A stretch of DNA of 63,893 nt, filler included, from Dugesia japonica (GCA_001938525.1; 5 parts of 5 records of this genome joined end to end with filler, not necessarily neighbours in it); one strand, 5' to 3'; shown: positions 23,730 to 37,049, numbered from the whole stretch's first letter. A program made the numbers and translations. Notes: generated from the letters alone by a model not told the origin.

Positions 23730-25600
23730 AATTTTTAAAATTTAATGTTAAATACGCACATAAGGACATCACAAAGGAGGTCCCGTTGGCGAAAGGTTTC
23801 TGTAATGCATCAGAGAACACAAGATCACAGGAAGAAGCGGTTTTAAGGAAATTGACTAAAGTAACTGAAATAAAAGATATGTTGATGCTATTGGATCGAA
23901 AAGAAAAGAACAAGAAAAATATAAATTTCTTGAGAAATTATACTAGAGAAGTGAAAAAAGAGTATCAGAAATCAATACAATAGAACAAGTGAGGATTAAA
24001 TCAGGAAATTGAATGTTAGGATTTTCATAAGAAAAACCATGTGAGAGTAAAATGTTCTGTTGGAGAGACGAGAGAATGTTGGACTTGTTGTAGCAGGGGA
24101 CACCTTAGAAGGAATTGCCCAGTAAAAATGGGAAGTGAGATGTTTTGGTTGCGGATAATTAGGTGACATGCGACGCGGATGTAAGAAATTGAAATGCTTT
24201 AAATGTGAATAGCCGAGAAATAGAGCTGAGGATTGTTAGATATCTGGGGCAGAGGTGGTACAGTGTCTTCATATCCATCTACTAGGGGTTAACAAGCCAG
24301 ACATTGGAAGATAACAAAGGAATCTATAAAATTATTTTAATAGGATAGAGGTAGATGGAGAAGACGGTCAAAAACATGAGGAAATGGAGGAAAGCGGGTC
24401 GGAGATGAGATATCCAAACGAGGTAGAACTCTATGAAAAGAGAAGTTGATGGGAGTTGGTTATTAAATTAACAAAGTGGAAAATTTTCTCGTGTTGTGGA
24501 GAAATGGGAGAACAGTTAAAAAATGCTTTTTTATTTTTAAAGAGGGAAAGTTCCAAGAGAATCAGGAAGTAGAATTGGTTGGGGTATTAACGGGTGGACT
24601 GCATGAAAATATTTTGTTTGACAGATTAAAAGTTATAGCGAGCGTAACGGTACTAATTCATGGATTGGAAGTTGATTGTCTGTTGAATACAAGAGCTTAA
24701 ATGAGTGTGCTGGACGAGAAATATTTAAAGAACTGGTTTCTTTGGAGACCAATTAGAAAAGATAATGGTGCGTAAATAGTAACAGTTTTATCATAAGAGG
24801 TAAGGCGCGTCTGAAGATGCAGTTGAGAGCGATGATTAAACCAGTGTAATTTGAAGTGGTAGAAATTGCATTTCCAGATATCGTGGCATATATATTTTGA
24901 ATATGTATGAATTTTGGATTTGACGATATTTAGAACTAATAGAAAAGAATATTGGAGTAGATATGGTACATAACATCGTAGCCAAATTCGGTAAAGAAGT
25001 GTAAACAGGTGAAAGATGGGAGAGAGTATTACACACGATTGAGGTGAGAAGTGATAAAGAATATCAGAAAATATGTAACAATCAGAGAAATGTTGGTGTA
25101 TATTTTGAACAAAGAAAAGAAAGATATGCATTTGTGTTTAGACTTTACAAAATTGAATATAGCCACGGAAAGACCGAGAATTCCCATTGTCTAACACAGA
25201 GGAGACGTTAGATGCGTTCTAAAGATTTGGGTGATACTAATTATCAATTAAGTTTAAAAATGAGTCACAAGAAAAGACTGCGTTTTCTATGAATATTGTT
25301 TGACACACATGTATAGGCATTGAGTACTTTCCAAGAATTATGGTGAAAGTAATTGGCAACTTAGAGTGATTAATTGTTACTTAAACGACAGTTTAATATT
25401 TTCGAACAACAAAAAACAGCATTGTAAGATTGTGGATAAGATTCTGGGGTGAATATTGAAAATGGAGATGAGGATCAACCCAACAAAATGTGAATTTTTT
25501 ATGGGAGAAATTAAACTTTTGGGGCTCGCATCAGTGCGAAAGAATTGCAGACGAATTCAGGGAAGGTAGAGACCATTAAATGTTTTGAAAAAACAAGTTA
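23730..25600 (+). mobile_element. degenerate Ty3/gypsy gag-pro-RT remnant
   Basis: CWTCCSRGHLRRNCP and further decayed knuckles; VDCLLNTRA (decayed DTGA); CLDFTKLN; YLNDSLIF. Confidence 0.8.
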
Positions 25601-25723
25601 TATGAACAAGATTATGTGAACAAGATATGAAGAATTGATAACAGTTATTGTAATATTATTTCTAATTTATATAATTTCTACAATTTTTATTATTTTATAA
25701 CTACTTACCACCATGATTTAAAG

Positions 25724-27659
25724 CAGTGTCTGTCAAACTTTTTCTTCGCGCGGCACACTTTTTTTAAAAAATTTTCCCGGCACAGTATAATAAAATATCA
25801 TTTTTGTTAGTTTTTACTCTGAAAAGTCAAACCCAAAAAACTTCCTAATTAAAACGGTTTTTTTAATAATTTTTATAATATTTATAGCTTCATAGATATC
25901 ACACAAATTTATTTAATAAAATATAAATCTAATGAGAATGGTGGGCCTGTTTTTCTTTGCAAATTGTTTCTTTACGAGGCTGAATACTTGAGTAGCAAAC
26001 TCGTATTTCTTCATCAAGTTTTCGTAACCGTTCACGCTTTTTTGATTTTATTTCTGTAAGCACAGAAAATCCTAATTCGCATTGATATGATGGACCAAAT
26101 GAAAGCAATTTTTTTATAGCATTGTTGCTTAATACAAGATACTGATCATAAAGCGAAATCCAAAATGCAGACAATTCCAGCTCTTCAAACGATCGTTTCA
26201 AAACCAAATCATTTTTCAAATCAATTAATTGCTCTTGCTGAGAGCAAGCCAAAGTAGATCCCTTGAAATCAGTGAAAGGTTTTTTTTACCCATTCAATTT
26301 CTTTTGTATCAAGTATCGGAAAATATTTTTTCAATGAGTCTGATAGATTTTGAATTGTTTTCTTTATTTACGGCAAGATTCTTAATTTTTGAGCTGATCC
26401 ATTGACGCCAGGAAAACTATATAGCTTCATATTTTGAACAGCTATCTTCCAAAACTGCAATCTTTTCTTGAAAGACTTCAATTTCCCCGTAATTGCAATA
26501 ATGTTTTCACTTTTACTTTGAATGCTCGTGTTCAAATGATTCAATTTCTCAAAAATATCGTTAAGAAATGTTATTTTTACCCACCAAATATTATCATGAA
26601 GAAAATTTAAATCCGTTGTGTACGTTTCAAAAAATGAAATAATTTCAGCTTTCAAGGCAATCAACCGAGAAAATACCTTTCCTTTCGATAACCAACGAAC
26701 TTCAGTGTGGTAAAGCAGACATTTAAAATCCGAATCCATCGAATCGCACAAAGATGAAACAATTCTAGACCGCAATGCACTTGATTTGATGTAATTAACA
26801 ACTTTTATCATATTATCCATCGCTTCTAAAAGCTTTCCAGATAAAGATTTTGAAACAAATACTTCACGATGAATCATGCAATGTACAATTTTTATTTGTG
26901 AATTTTGCGGCAAAAAATGATCGATAAATCCTTTATCTCGGCATTGTATTGATAGAGCGCCATCTGTGCATACACTCACACAATTATTGACCAAAATGAA
27001 AAAATCTTCACCGGTAGTTCTCTCTTTTAATTCACAACAGTAAAAAAAAATTTCGTGATTATCTTGACACCTCTAACAACGTGTAAAATCTATATCAGCT
27101 GGTATTTTTGTTACTTATATCAGTGACTTCATCAACTTGCAATGCTCAAATTTTCTCTAATTCATCGGCTGTATTTGTGAACTTGGTTTTAACTTGAAAT
27201 TCAATATCATTGGGCATGTCTTCAATTTTTCGTTGAATTGTATTACTTGAAAGAGGAATGTTTTTGATTTTATCAATTGCTTCACGACCAATATTCATAT
27301 ATTTCATAGCAATTATCATAGCAGGCATTATAATTCCTTCAGCATCAGAATGTGGTTTTTTCTTTTGAGCTAATAACTGGGCAATAGCTTGTTATTTGTG
27401 ATTTTTTTTTACTTCATTTTTTTAATATATTTTGTTGTTGCAATCTCATTTTCTCAAAATATTCCTTTGGTTTGTCTCTGTATTGCTGATGGTTAGTAGG
27501 GTAAGTGACGCTGGAGTTTGCTAGGAACAATCGATTCGTTCGATAAAGATTTTAAGCATATCATGCAAAACGGTAAAGAACTATTATTATCAGATGAAAT
27601 AAAGCCATATTTTACGTATTCTGCATCGTATTTTCGCTTCAATGTATTTCTAGCTTTGT
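25724..27659 (-). mobile_element. hAT Charlie/Buster-type (SCAND3/ZBED5-like) transposon with disrupted transposase
   Basis: TIR CAGTGTCTGTCAAAC; IPLSSNTIQRKI; VCTDGA; HCMIHRE; HTEVRWLSKG; CELGFS; truncated by contig spacer. Confidence 0.93.
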
Positions 27660-27759
27660 NNNNNNNNNNNNNNNNNNNNNNNNNNNNNNNNNNNNNNNNN
27701 NNNTTAATTAATTAANNNNNNNNNNNNNNNNNNNNNNNNNNNNNNNNNNNNNNNNNNNN
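27660..27759. other. artificial contig-joining spacer
   Basis: N44-TTAATTAATTAA-N44. Confidence 0.95.
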
Positions 27760-27810
27760 ATCAATGGTTATGTCCAACAATTATTCTCGCAATAATTGCA
27801 ATTGTAAAAT
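27760..27810 (+). repeat. 3' end of the Penelope-type terminal repeat family
   Basis: ATCAATGGTTATGTCCAACAATTATTCTCGCAATAATTGCAATTGTAAAAT matches 33939-33989 and the reverse complement at 41648-41680. Confidence 0.75.
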
Positions 27811-27885
27811 TATTATTATTTATTTATTTATTTTAAAATATAATCCGTTGATATTTTAAATTTAACTTTATTTTTATAATTTCAG

Positions 27886-28026
27886 TCTTTGCATTATCGA
27901 ATGTCTGACGATGATATTCGACAAAAGCTGTACATAATATCATTGCAAGATAATCTAACTGCAATCCAGTCGTATAAAGATCAGTTAATGTTGAATAATA
28001 ACGGTCCGGAATTAGGCAAAGATGAA
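27886..28026 (+). CDS. TLN: talin exon (start of rod R1)
   Basis: TTTCAG/GT boundaries, phase 0; ...QDNLTAIQSYKDQLMLNNNGPELGKDE joins ASQQW (cf. talin LPPLGQDAASKAW). Confidence 0.75.
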
Positions 28027-29550
28027 GTAAACACATATTATAGTTTTAATAATTTTTGTATTTTGTTTTCAGTTAATCATTTTATATCTTTCCATTTACT
28101 AATAATTCAATTTACTATTTAATTGAATCACTAGTTAATATTTAAGTAATTTACAAATTCGGGCATAAATAATTAGTTCAAAGTTTGCCGGAAAACAAAA
28201 TAAATTAAAATAAACGGCGCCAAAATATTGATAAACTAAGTATAAAAATATGGTGTTTCGAATGATTAATTTGATAGATTTTTCCCAGGGTTTATTCCAA
28301 AACTAATCTGGTTTCTTTTAACGCTTCAATTATCAAGAATACATTTCAAAAAATATATATTTTCTTATCTATTAAAAACAAATAATGTCATCATTATTAT
28401 AATGTCAATTATTTCATTGCTTTGTTATATGGAATCAATTATATTCCAAATTCAATTAAATATTTTATTTGGAAATTAAATCTAATTTTAAAAATTGATT
28501 TTAAATATTGACTTATTTATAGTAAAAAAATGTAATCAAAATAATTACAATAATTGACTAATATGTTTTAAATGATTTTTATTGTTATTGGGTAAAAATA
28601 TCTCATGTCAAAATATAAAACAAGATAAATTTTTTAAAATTATACAAGTTTATTTTGATAGAATCAAATAAAAATATACGGATTAATTTCACTAATCAAA
28701 ATTGATAATTTATGTGAGTATACTATGAGCAACTAAAAATTAATATTGAAAATATAGTTATTTCTATTGGAGAGAATAAAATACTACTTATTTAGATGTT
28801 AAAATATTTTTTTAATGTTTCAAAATGAAGGTTTTTTGCAAATTAGCAAATCTTTTATATTTTCCTTAACAATTACACTTCCTTTTTTGATTGAATTGTA
28901 ACTGAATTGAATTTATTTATTTATTAAAATAATAGATTTAAAAATGAACCAACCAACAAAGAATCTTTCAAGAAAAGATTTCTTTATTAAATTATAGTTA
29001 TTATNNNNNNNNNNNNNNNNNNNNNNNNNNNNNNNNNNNNNNNNNNNNNNNNNNNNNNNNNNNNNNNNNNNNNNNNNNNNNNNNNNNNNNNNNNNNNNNN
29101 NNNNNNNNNNNNNNNNNNNNNNNNNNNNNNNNNNNNNNNNNNNNNNNNNNNNNNNNNNNNNNNNNNNNNNNNNNNNNNNNNNNNNNNNNNNATTTGGCAT
29201 TTAGACTTTTAAAAACTTTATTTTGAACAAGTTAAGTGATATTTTTTCTTTTTGTTTACGAATTTCCAAAATTGGGTATTTTGTTTTAATTCTACTTATT
29301 ATATATTCGAAAAATATGAAAATAATTAAGTTTATATTAGATAAAATAATAATAATAATAAAATCAATTAAATTAAAATAAAAGCCAATTTTTACAGAAA
29401 AAAACCGCAATTATTATGAGCAATCTAATATATTATATAATATATCATGATGTAATATATTTCATTTCATGTTCGATTTAATTTCTTTAACAATATCCAT
29501 GATTTTTTATGATGAATTATCAATTCTATTTTTATTATGTATGGTTTTAG

Positions 29551-29901
29551 GCAAGTCAACAATGGATTTATGTTAACATTGAAAACAGTCGTCAACGTAT
29601 GGCTGACGAAATTGGAGCAATGAACGCAGCAGTTGCTCAAGTTCTTCGATCTGCACAAGGCTTAGCAACTATTGAAGAGAGTGAAGAGGAAGAAATGAAT
29701 GAAGAAATGATAGCTAAAATGCAAAATTCATTCAGTTTAATAACAGTCCATTTACCCAGTTTGATGGAAGAAATAAAAACCGCTGCGTACTATCAAGATC
29801 AATTAATTGATGAAGATGCATCTGGAGAAGACCTAATAGCTGCTGCCAAGCGTTTAGCGGACGCCTTTACTAATTTAATCAAAGCTGCATATCCTCTTGA
29901 A
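29551..29901 (+). CDS. TLN: talin exon (rod R1)
   Basis: ASQQWIYVNIENSRQRMADEIGAMNAAVAQV...SGEDLIAAAKRLADAFTNLIKAAYPLE; AG/GT boundaries. Confidence 0.9.
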
Positions 29902-29954
29902 GTTAGTTCTTTTTTTAGAAAAATCATTTAATAAACATACAAAATTAACATATA

Positions 29955-30077
29955 AAATTAAAGCTTCGATCAAAATTTTTGTTCTTTTTCATTGATATTT
30001 GATAATTCAATTGAATTGTTATCAAATATCAATAAAAAAAAGAAAAATTGTGATCGAAGCTTTTATTTTAAATGAAT
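29955..30077. repeat. fold-back copy of the Penelope-type terminal repeat, ribozyme core deleted
   Basis: inverted arms AAAGCTTCGATCAAAATTTTTG...ATTGATATTTGATAA / TTATCAAATATCAAT...GATCGAAGCTTT. Confidence 0.7.
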
Positions 30078-30941
30078 NNNNNNNNNNNNNNNNNNNNNNN
30101 NNNNNNNNNNNNNNNNNNNNNNNNNNNNNNNNNNNNNNNNNNNNNNNNNNNNNNNNNNNNNNNNNNNNNNNNNNNNNNNNNNNNNNNNNNNNNNNNNNNN
30201 NNTATATTTCATTATAAGTTATTATTTTAGTCAATTTTAGTTTAATTTTACCTAATTATATTATCGTTATATATTATAATTATATTATACGTAATTAATT
30301 ATATTATAATTGTCATTATATCAATCTGAAATAATAATTAAAATTCTTCAAATTTAGCAGCATAGAATTATATTTTTAATAAAATCCAATACATCATTAG
30401 TAACAGTTGTTTCTTCGTAGATTTATAATATATGGTAAATTTAGTTAACAGAAGTATTTTGACATATGTTTTAAACCTAATCAAATAAAATAAAAATATC
30501 AATTAAAACATTCAATATTTATTTTATTTTTTTAATAAATCATAACCACATTATGAATTTTGCTATAGGGTGGATATTAAATAATCAAAAATTTGACAAC
30601 TTAATTAAAAATCATTATCTTTCTGAACAGTAACACCGTTAATCAGAAACACAAGAATCTTTTACAGTGGAAAACATGAACATGGAAAATTTTATTNNNN
30701 NNNNNNNNNNNNNNNNNNNNNNNNNNNNNNNNNNNNNNNNNNNNNNNNNNNNNNNNNNNNNNNNNNNNNNNNNNNNNNNNNNNNNNNNNNNNNNNNNNNN
30801 NNNNNNNNNNNNNNNNNNNNNNNNNNNNNNNNNNNNNNNNNNNNNNNNNNNNNNNNNNNNNNNNNNNNNNNNNNNNNNNNNNNNNNNNNNNNNNNNNNNN
30901 NNNNNNNNNNNNNNNNNNNNNNNNNNNNNNNNAAAATTAAG

Positions 30942-31283
30942 GATCAGAAGCGATCATTAAACAGAAAAGATATATTTGATGCTGCTAATGTGGTTGGTGA
31001 AGCTAGTAGTGATTTATTGCAACAAATCACAGAACAAGAAAACATTCAAATGGAATTGAAGAATGGTCGCCCGTATTCAATTATTATGTTAACAGAAGAA
31101 GAACAGTTGTACCAAGAAGAATTATTACGATTAGCGAAATGTGTAGCTAATGAAACAACAAATCTTATTAAACAAGTCAAAGTTATTGCAGTTGAAGCTG
31201 AAAACCCAAATGAACAAAAGAAAGTAGTTATGGCTGCAACTGAAACTGGATTAGCAATTAGTCAATTAATTGCTACGACAAAA
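30942..31283 (+). CDS. TLN: talin exon (R1-R2); acceptor may be 30948
   Basis: RKDIFDAANVVGEASSDLLQQI...LLRLAKCVANET...AISQLIATTK. Confidence 0.9.
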
Positions 31284-31335
31284 GTATTATGAAAAGTTTT
31301 GTATATTTAATATATAACATGTTTAAAATTAATAG

Positions 31336-31545
31336 ATAGTAGCACCAACAATTGAACAATCAGTTTGTCAAGAACAATTAATATTTTCTATTGAAGACGT
31401 CAGTAAAGCAATTCAAGTAGTTGTTGAAAATTCTAACAAAGCTACTCAATCTGAAGAATTGCAAAGTCTGACTACTTCGGCAGCAAATCAGGTTCAAGAA
31501 GCTTTGGATACTTTAATGAAACATCTTAGAAAAGATTATGACAAG
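31336..31545 (+). CDS. TLN: talin exon (R2)
   Basis: after a 52-nt intron; IVAPTIEQSVCQEQL matches talin VVAPTISSPVCQEQL. Confidence 0.92.
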
Positions 31546-31786
31546 GTAACTAATTATGTTGATAATTTATTATCATGTAATTATTACAATATTTTAAAGT
31601 TGTATCTTAAGTTATTTTACATTTCAAATTGTATACAAATAAGTTTTATAATTTTGAATTGCAAAAAAATTAAATATAACATTTTATATCATTTAAGTTT
31701 TCACTGCATAAAGCTGAAATACAAGTTTTTTAAGTTGATTCTTTTCAAAATATCATTTTTTTTATAATGTTATAATAATTTTAACT

Positions 31787-32690
31787 AGGGTTGCCAATAT
31801 TAACGATTAATCGATCAGAATTTTTAGCGGCTAATTATTATCATGATAATGATGAAATTTCAATTATTTATTTGGTTGGTTAATTATTTACTGACTTTAT
31901 AAAGATATATTAATACACCCATAAGCTTCTCGCTTTAACGGCCAACTTTAACCTTTAAATGCATGATGTACCATATATGCTACATCATGCATATAAGATT
32001 AGTAATATAAAGAGAGACCGTACAGCGAGGTATGGGTGTATTTAGTTTCATCGGAAATTATACATTTTTATTATTTTATACTGTTAAAAATGGCTGAAAA
32101 GAAGATCAGCTATTATAAACACGTTAATGGGAAGTTGCGTAACCATTTTGGTTTTAAAGTAGACGATAATAATGAAGTTATTGATGGTGAGAAGATTTAC
32201 TGTAGTATCTGTGATAAAGTCTTGGACTTTGTTGAATATGTTGCTATCGAAGAGTGTGGGCGGGAAAACTTGAAACTGAAAGCAAATATTATTAAGCCAA
32301 TTTGTATTGAGGCGAGACAATATTACAAACAGTATTGTCCATTGGATTGTTAGTTAAGTATTCTAATCTTCAACAGATAATTTTATTATAATTACGCGTC
32401 GCACTTCAGAATGATGAATAAAATTGCCGACAAACTATTGACAGCATTATTCATAGAACGTTTCAAGAAAAAAGTTTTAAATTGAAAGTGTAGATCAGCA
32501 AAGCCAGTGAAATTTCAATTACTAGTGATTTTTAGTCCTCTCTCTGAAATGAGTCCTTTTGTGGTGTAGCAGTGCAGTAGAGTGACAGCGATTGCTCACT
32601 AAAATCTTTTACATTGGACTGTTGGAGTAACCGAACGTCACTTTGCAGAAAACATTGCTGAAATCTACACAAACCTGTTGGTAGTTATCG
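31787..32690 (+). mobile_element. hAT (ZBED1-like) remnant with BED finger
   Basis: TAGGGTTGCC end; MAEKK...HFGFK...IYCSICDK; later ERHFAENIAE; right boundary approximate. Confidence 0.6.
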
Positions 32691-33794
32691 CGCGTTATTT
32701 TTGAAGTAGTATAGGGTTGTGGGTAGTTGATGGATTTTGGTGGGCAATGGCTTGTTGGAAAGGTGATGTGATGGGGAGTATGATTGTGTAAGAGTGGTAG
32801 TAAATTGAGGAATTTTTAATCGATAATTTGATTCGTAAATTTTTGTAAGTAGCATGATGAGGTTAAAAAAAATTTCCTTCCGGTGTAAAGATAAATTTCC
32901 TTCCTTACCTTATGGGTGTAAAGATAATTAATTATTGTGTTAGGTTAAACCATTGAATCATACAGTGTGTAGATGTGTGGATCAAAAAAAGGAAAAAATA
33001 TCTGTTGAGATGCCTTTGAGATTATTGCAAAATTAATATGATTAAATTAAAAAAAAGTTTTGGCGAAACGTAANNNNNNNNNNNNNNNNNNNTATGACTA
33101 ATTTGTCAAAGTTTAAGTAATCAAATAAGTACTTTAATAAATTGATAATTTAAGACCTTACTATTTGTTTGTTATTTATATTATAAATTTTATAATTTTA
33201 TAATATAACATTGTATACAATTTATATAATTTATTTTAATTTTTTAAAAATATTTTGAAATATTTTTAAAAAATATTAGGAAAAAGGGCACAATAAATAT
33301 AATTGTTGGTTAATGTCAATATATAGATATAGAATATTTTGTAAAATATACAATTATTAAATTAGTTATTATTTTTTTTATCATGCCTAATCAAACTGCA
33401 GAATACAATAGGCATAATTTACTTTTTATTTCGTTTTCATATTTTGAAGTTGTAAAATATATAATAAAGATACTACAGAAATACTAAAGGAAATCTATTT
33501 ATAAAAATATAAAAATTATTAATTACTAATTTTAATCATAAATTACAATTACTATTATTTTCCATAAAATTGTAAGAAAAGATTAATTGCATATCCAAAT
33601 TTTTTAAAATGTCAGTATTGATTTCATTTGAAAATTTAGAATAAGAAAATAATGTCCATTTTAAACTGAAATAACTCAAATAAGACATATACTCTTTATT
33701 AAATAGTTTTAATCATTATTTATAAGATATATAATTGTCTTCATTTAAAATAAAAGCTTCGATCAAAATTTGTTTTTTTNNNNNNNNNNNNNTT

Positions 33795-33829
33795 AATTCT
33801 GTATTTCGACTTAGTCTTCTTCAGGAATT
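33795..33829 (-). ncRNA. minimal hammerhead ribozyme motif, inverted twin
   Basis: exact reverse complement of 33837-33871. Confidence 0.65.
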
Positions 33830-33836
33830 GACTTTC

Positions 33837-33871
33837 AATTCCTGAAGAAGACTAAGTCGAAATACAGAATT
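33837..33871 (+). ncRNA. minimal type I hammerhead ribozyme motif (cleavage site variant CA instead of UH)
   Basis: AATTC-CTGAAGA-A-GAC TAA GTC-GAAA-TACA-GAATT. Confidence 0.7.
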
Positions 33872-33994
33872 AAGCTCAAAATACCATAAAAACAAATTTT
33901 TGATCGAAGCTTTTATTTTAAGTGAATTCAGAAAAACGATCAATTGTTACGCCCAACAATTATTCTCGCAATAATTGCAATTGTAAAATATAAT

Positions 33995-35134
33995 TGTCTG
34001 TATTAATTTTGTGTTTGTATTAATATTTCGAAAAATTCTGTCATTTCAATTGAAGATTTCAAACATGGAATAAAACCAAATGTGTGCCATTTATCTTTAT
34101 GAGTGTAAACTGGGCCACAAAGCTGCAGAAGAAAGTCGAAATGTCAACTGTGCATTCAACCAGGGTTCGATAAATGAGCGCTCGATATAGAGATAATTCT
34201 AAAGTTTTAGAGATGGATTGAGAGCCTGGAAGATGTAGAAGATCGTGCACCTCTAGCTTCCAAGGATAATGAAAAATCGAAAGACTTGGGTAAGGCAGGT
34301 CCCCGAGCTAATATTCGACGCATTACCCAAAAGTTAAATGTCAATCATGTAGCAATTCTGAATCAATTCAAACAATTGGGCAAGGGGAAGAACCTTGATA
34401 AATAGGTACAACATGACTTAAGTGAAAAACAAAAAGTCAGCGTTTTGAAGTATGCTCGTTGCTTTTTCTCTGGAATATCTACAACCCTTCCATCGAGTGG
34501 ATAGTGACATGCGATGAATAGTTGGTATTATATATATGGTATTAACATGACAAAACTCCTCAAAAATTGCCAAAACCCAAACTTCATCCAAATAAGGTTA
34601 TGGTAAGCGTTTGGTGGTATTCGAGAGGCATTATCCAGTATAACTTTTTGTCTCCCAGTGAAACTATTACAGCTGACAGATACTGTAAAAAGATCGAAGA
34701 TATGTATAAAAAGTTACAACATCTTCATCCGCTTTTGCTTAACAGAAAACGTCTATTTGCTCTCCATGATAATGCCCGGCTAGATACTGCACAAATAAGA
34801 CGGTTACATGACTTGGGCTACGAAATTTTTCCTCATCCTCCACAGTTGTCGGATCTCTCCCCTACTAACTAATATATTTTTAAACATCTTGCTATTTTCC
34901 TTGACGAAAAAATCTTTAAAAACCAAGGTTCTGACAAAAATGCTTTCTGTGACTTTATTGAATCCAGTGCAGAGGATTTATATACTACTGGAATGTGAGT
35001 GCTTGTTTCCTGTTGGCAATCATGTGTTGATTGTAATGGTTGCTATTTTATTTAATAAAGTTTAATTATCTTTGAGTTATTTAAGTTTGAAATTTTTAAA
35101 GTCCAAAACGGACATTATTGTCTTACTGGCCTAA
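33995..35134 (+). mobile_element. mariner transposon, disrupted transposase
   Basis: IVTCDE; PKPKLHPNKVMVSVWW; LHDNAR; HPPQLSDLSPTN; right TIR ending GGCCTAA + TA. Confidence 0.92.
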
Positions 35135-35479
35135 TATTTTAAATATTAAAAAAGTTTTAACTGTGAAAATATTTAAAAATTTTAAAATAAATAAGATAAA
35201 ACTTTTAAAATAAATAAGATAAAACTTTCAAAATAAATATTTTAGTAAAAAATTAATAAAGATATTAAAAGTTCTAAATATAAAAAAATTAAGTGAAATA
35301 CAAAGAATAAACTTAAAATTGATAAAATTAATTTTAAAATAACATCGAAATTAATTAGTTTTAAAATGGAATTTTTTAAAAGTTTTTTTATGAAGAAATT
35401 ATGAAAAGAAAAAGTGGAATCTCAAATTTTTGGGCTTATTTCATTTGTTTGAAAAAACCATAAATATTTCATGATTTAA

Positions 35480-36471
35480 AAACTCTTTTTAGTTTAACGG
35501 TAAGTGTTTTAGACTTATTCAAAAAATTGCATTTGGTGACATTTAAAATGGAAGGCAGAAAAGAACATTTTAGGGACATAATGGTTTTTTTTGGAAGAGT
35601 GAAAACGCTTCTCAGACCCATAAAAATAAATGCTTTATGTACGCTGAGAGTGCTATGGATGTTACAGCATATCATAAGTAGTTCAGAAATTTTCACTTGA
35701 TAAATTTTAATCTAATCGATTGTGAGTAGGATATATTTCTAATAATTAAATAATGATTTGACCCGTATGTATGTTGCGATTGATGTGACCGTATGTATGT
35801 TGAGATTGATGTGACCTGTATGGAGATTGGTAATTATATAATATATTTCTCGAATCATTACATCACTTATATTCCNCATATTTAAGAATGCAATTGGTGT
35901 GTAATTGCCACTTTAGTCTATATATAGTCTATATCTAAGGAAGGCAAAGCTATGCATTTAATGTGATTGCCAGGGAATAATTTCTTATGATCATTTGCCT
36001 AAAAACCAAACTATTAATTCGGAAAAGTACCGTTCACAACTAAGCAATTTAAATTAAGCAATATACTAGAAGTGACCTTAACTAGCAAACAGAAAGGATA
36101 TTGTGTTTTAAAGCAATGTTAAACCATACTTGTCTTTGGCCATCCGGCAGAAACTTCTACAACTGGACTGGGATGTTTTAGTCTATCCACCGTACTCACC
36201 AGATCTTGCGCTCTCTAACTATTATTTATTTAGATCGCTTGAAAACAGTTTATGTGATAAGAACTTTTCTTGCTTGGTATATTTGAAGTCACTTGAATCA
36301 GCCCCTCGGTCTGAAACCTTAGAGATTTTATGAGTACGATTATAAGCTACTAGACAGATGGAGAAATATCATCCAATACAGGGCTAATATTGATGAAATG
36401 TAATTTATTTTAAATAAAATTATATTTTAATTTTATTTATAAAAAACGAACGAACTTATGCACAGACCTAA
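35480..36471 (+). mobile_element. second mariner remnant, internally deleted
   Basis: MEGRKEHFR N-terminus at 35548; YPPYSPDLALSNYYLFRSL; right TIR ending GACCTAA + TA. Confidence 0.85.
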
Positions 36472-36806
36472 TATAATATACTTGGTTATCTAAATAACAA
36501 AACAATTGTATTTTTAATTTATAATTAAGATTTTGAATTGATTAATTTGTAATATATTCATGTATATCTGTATTTAATGTTATTATTTTATAATTAATTT
36601 ATATTTCGTTATATATTAATAGTATTTAATGATTGTTTCTTTACAAATGAGTTATTTAATAAAACTATTTTTATAATTTTGTTTCGTATGAAATTTTCTG
36701 ATTTTGTTTTTTTATATGAAAATTACAATTTATTATTAATATAAATTTTTATAGACTTTACTTGGAAGTCATAAATTTCTTTTATATATAATATTCCATT
36801 TTCCAG

Positions 36807-37049
36807 AATGATAAATTAGATCATTTCCTTTTGGCATATGAAGATATTCAAGCAGTCGATGATAACGAAGATCCTAATAAACTCATTGCAGCTGCAAGAA
36901 GACTAGCTCAAGCTACTGCAGCTATGATTTCAGAAATTCAGTTAAAAGCTGTAAATGAAGAGTATAAAACTGCAGATGAACGAGATAAGCTGCTTAATGC
37001 AGCCAAACAGTTAGCTGAAGCTACTTCCTCTTTGATAGATTGTGCAAAA
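36807..37049 (+). CDS. TLN: talin exon (R3)
   Basis: LIAAARRLAQATAAMISEI...KLLNAAKQLAEATSSLIDCAK; TTCCAG acceptor. Confidence 0.92.

Larger units (their letters stand above)
33740..33989 (+). mobile_element. Penelope-type terminal repeat with inverted 5' duplication
   Basis: perfect 39-bp inverted arms 33793-33831 / 33835-33873 plus outer arms; shares sequence with other copies in the window. Confidence 0.75.

Noticed and set aside
35759-35830. ~26-nt tandem repeat (about 2.5 copies) as a CRISPR-like array
   Set aside because: No spacers; a local duplication inside a mariner remnant in eukaryotic DNA.
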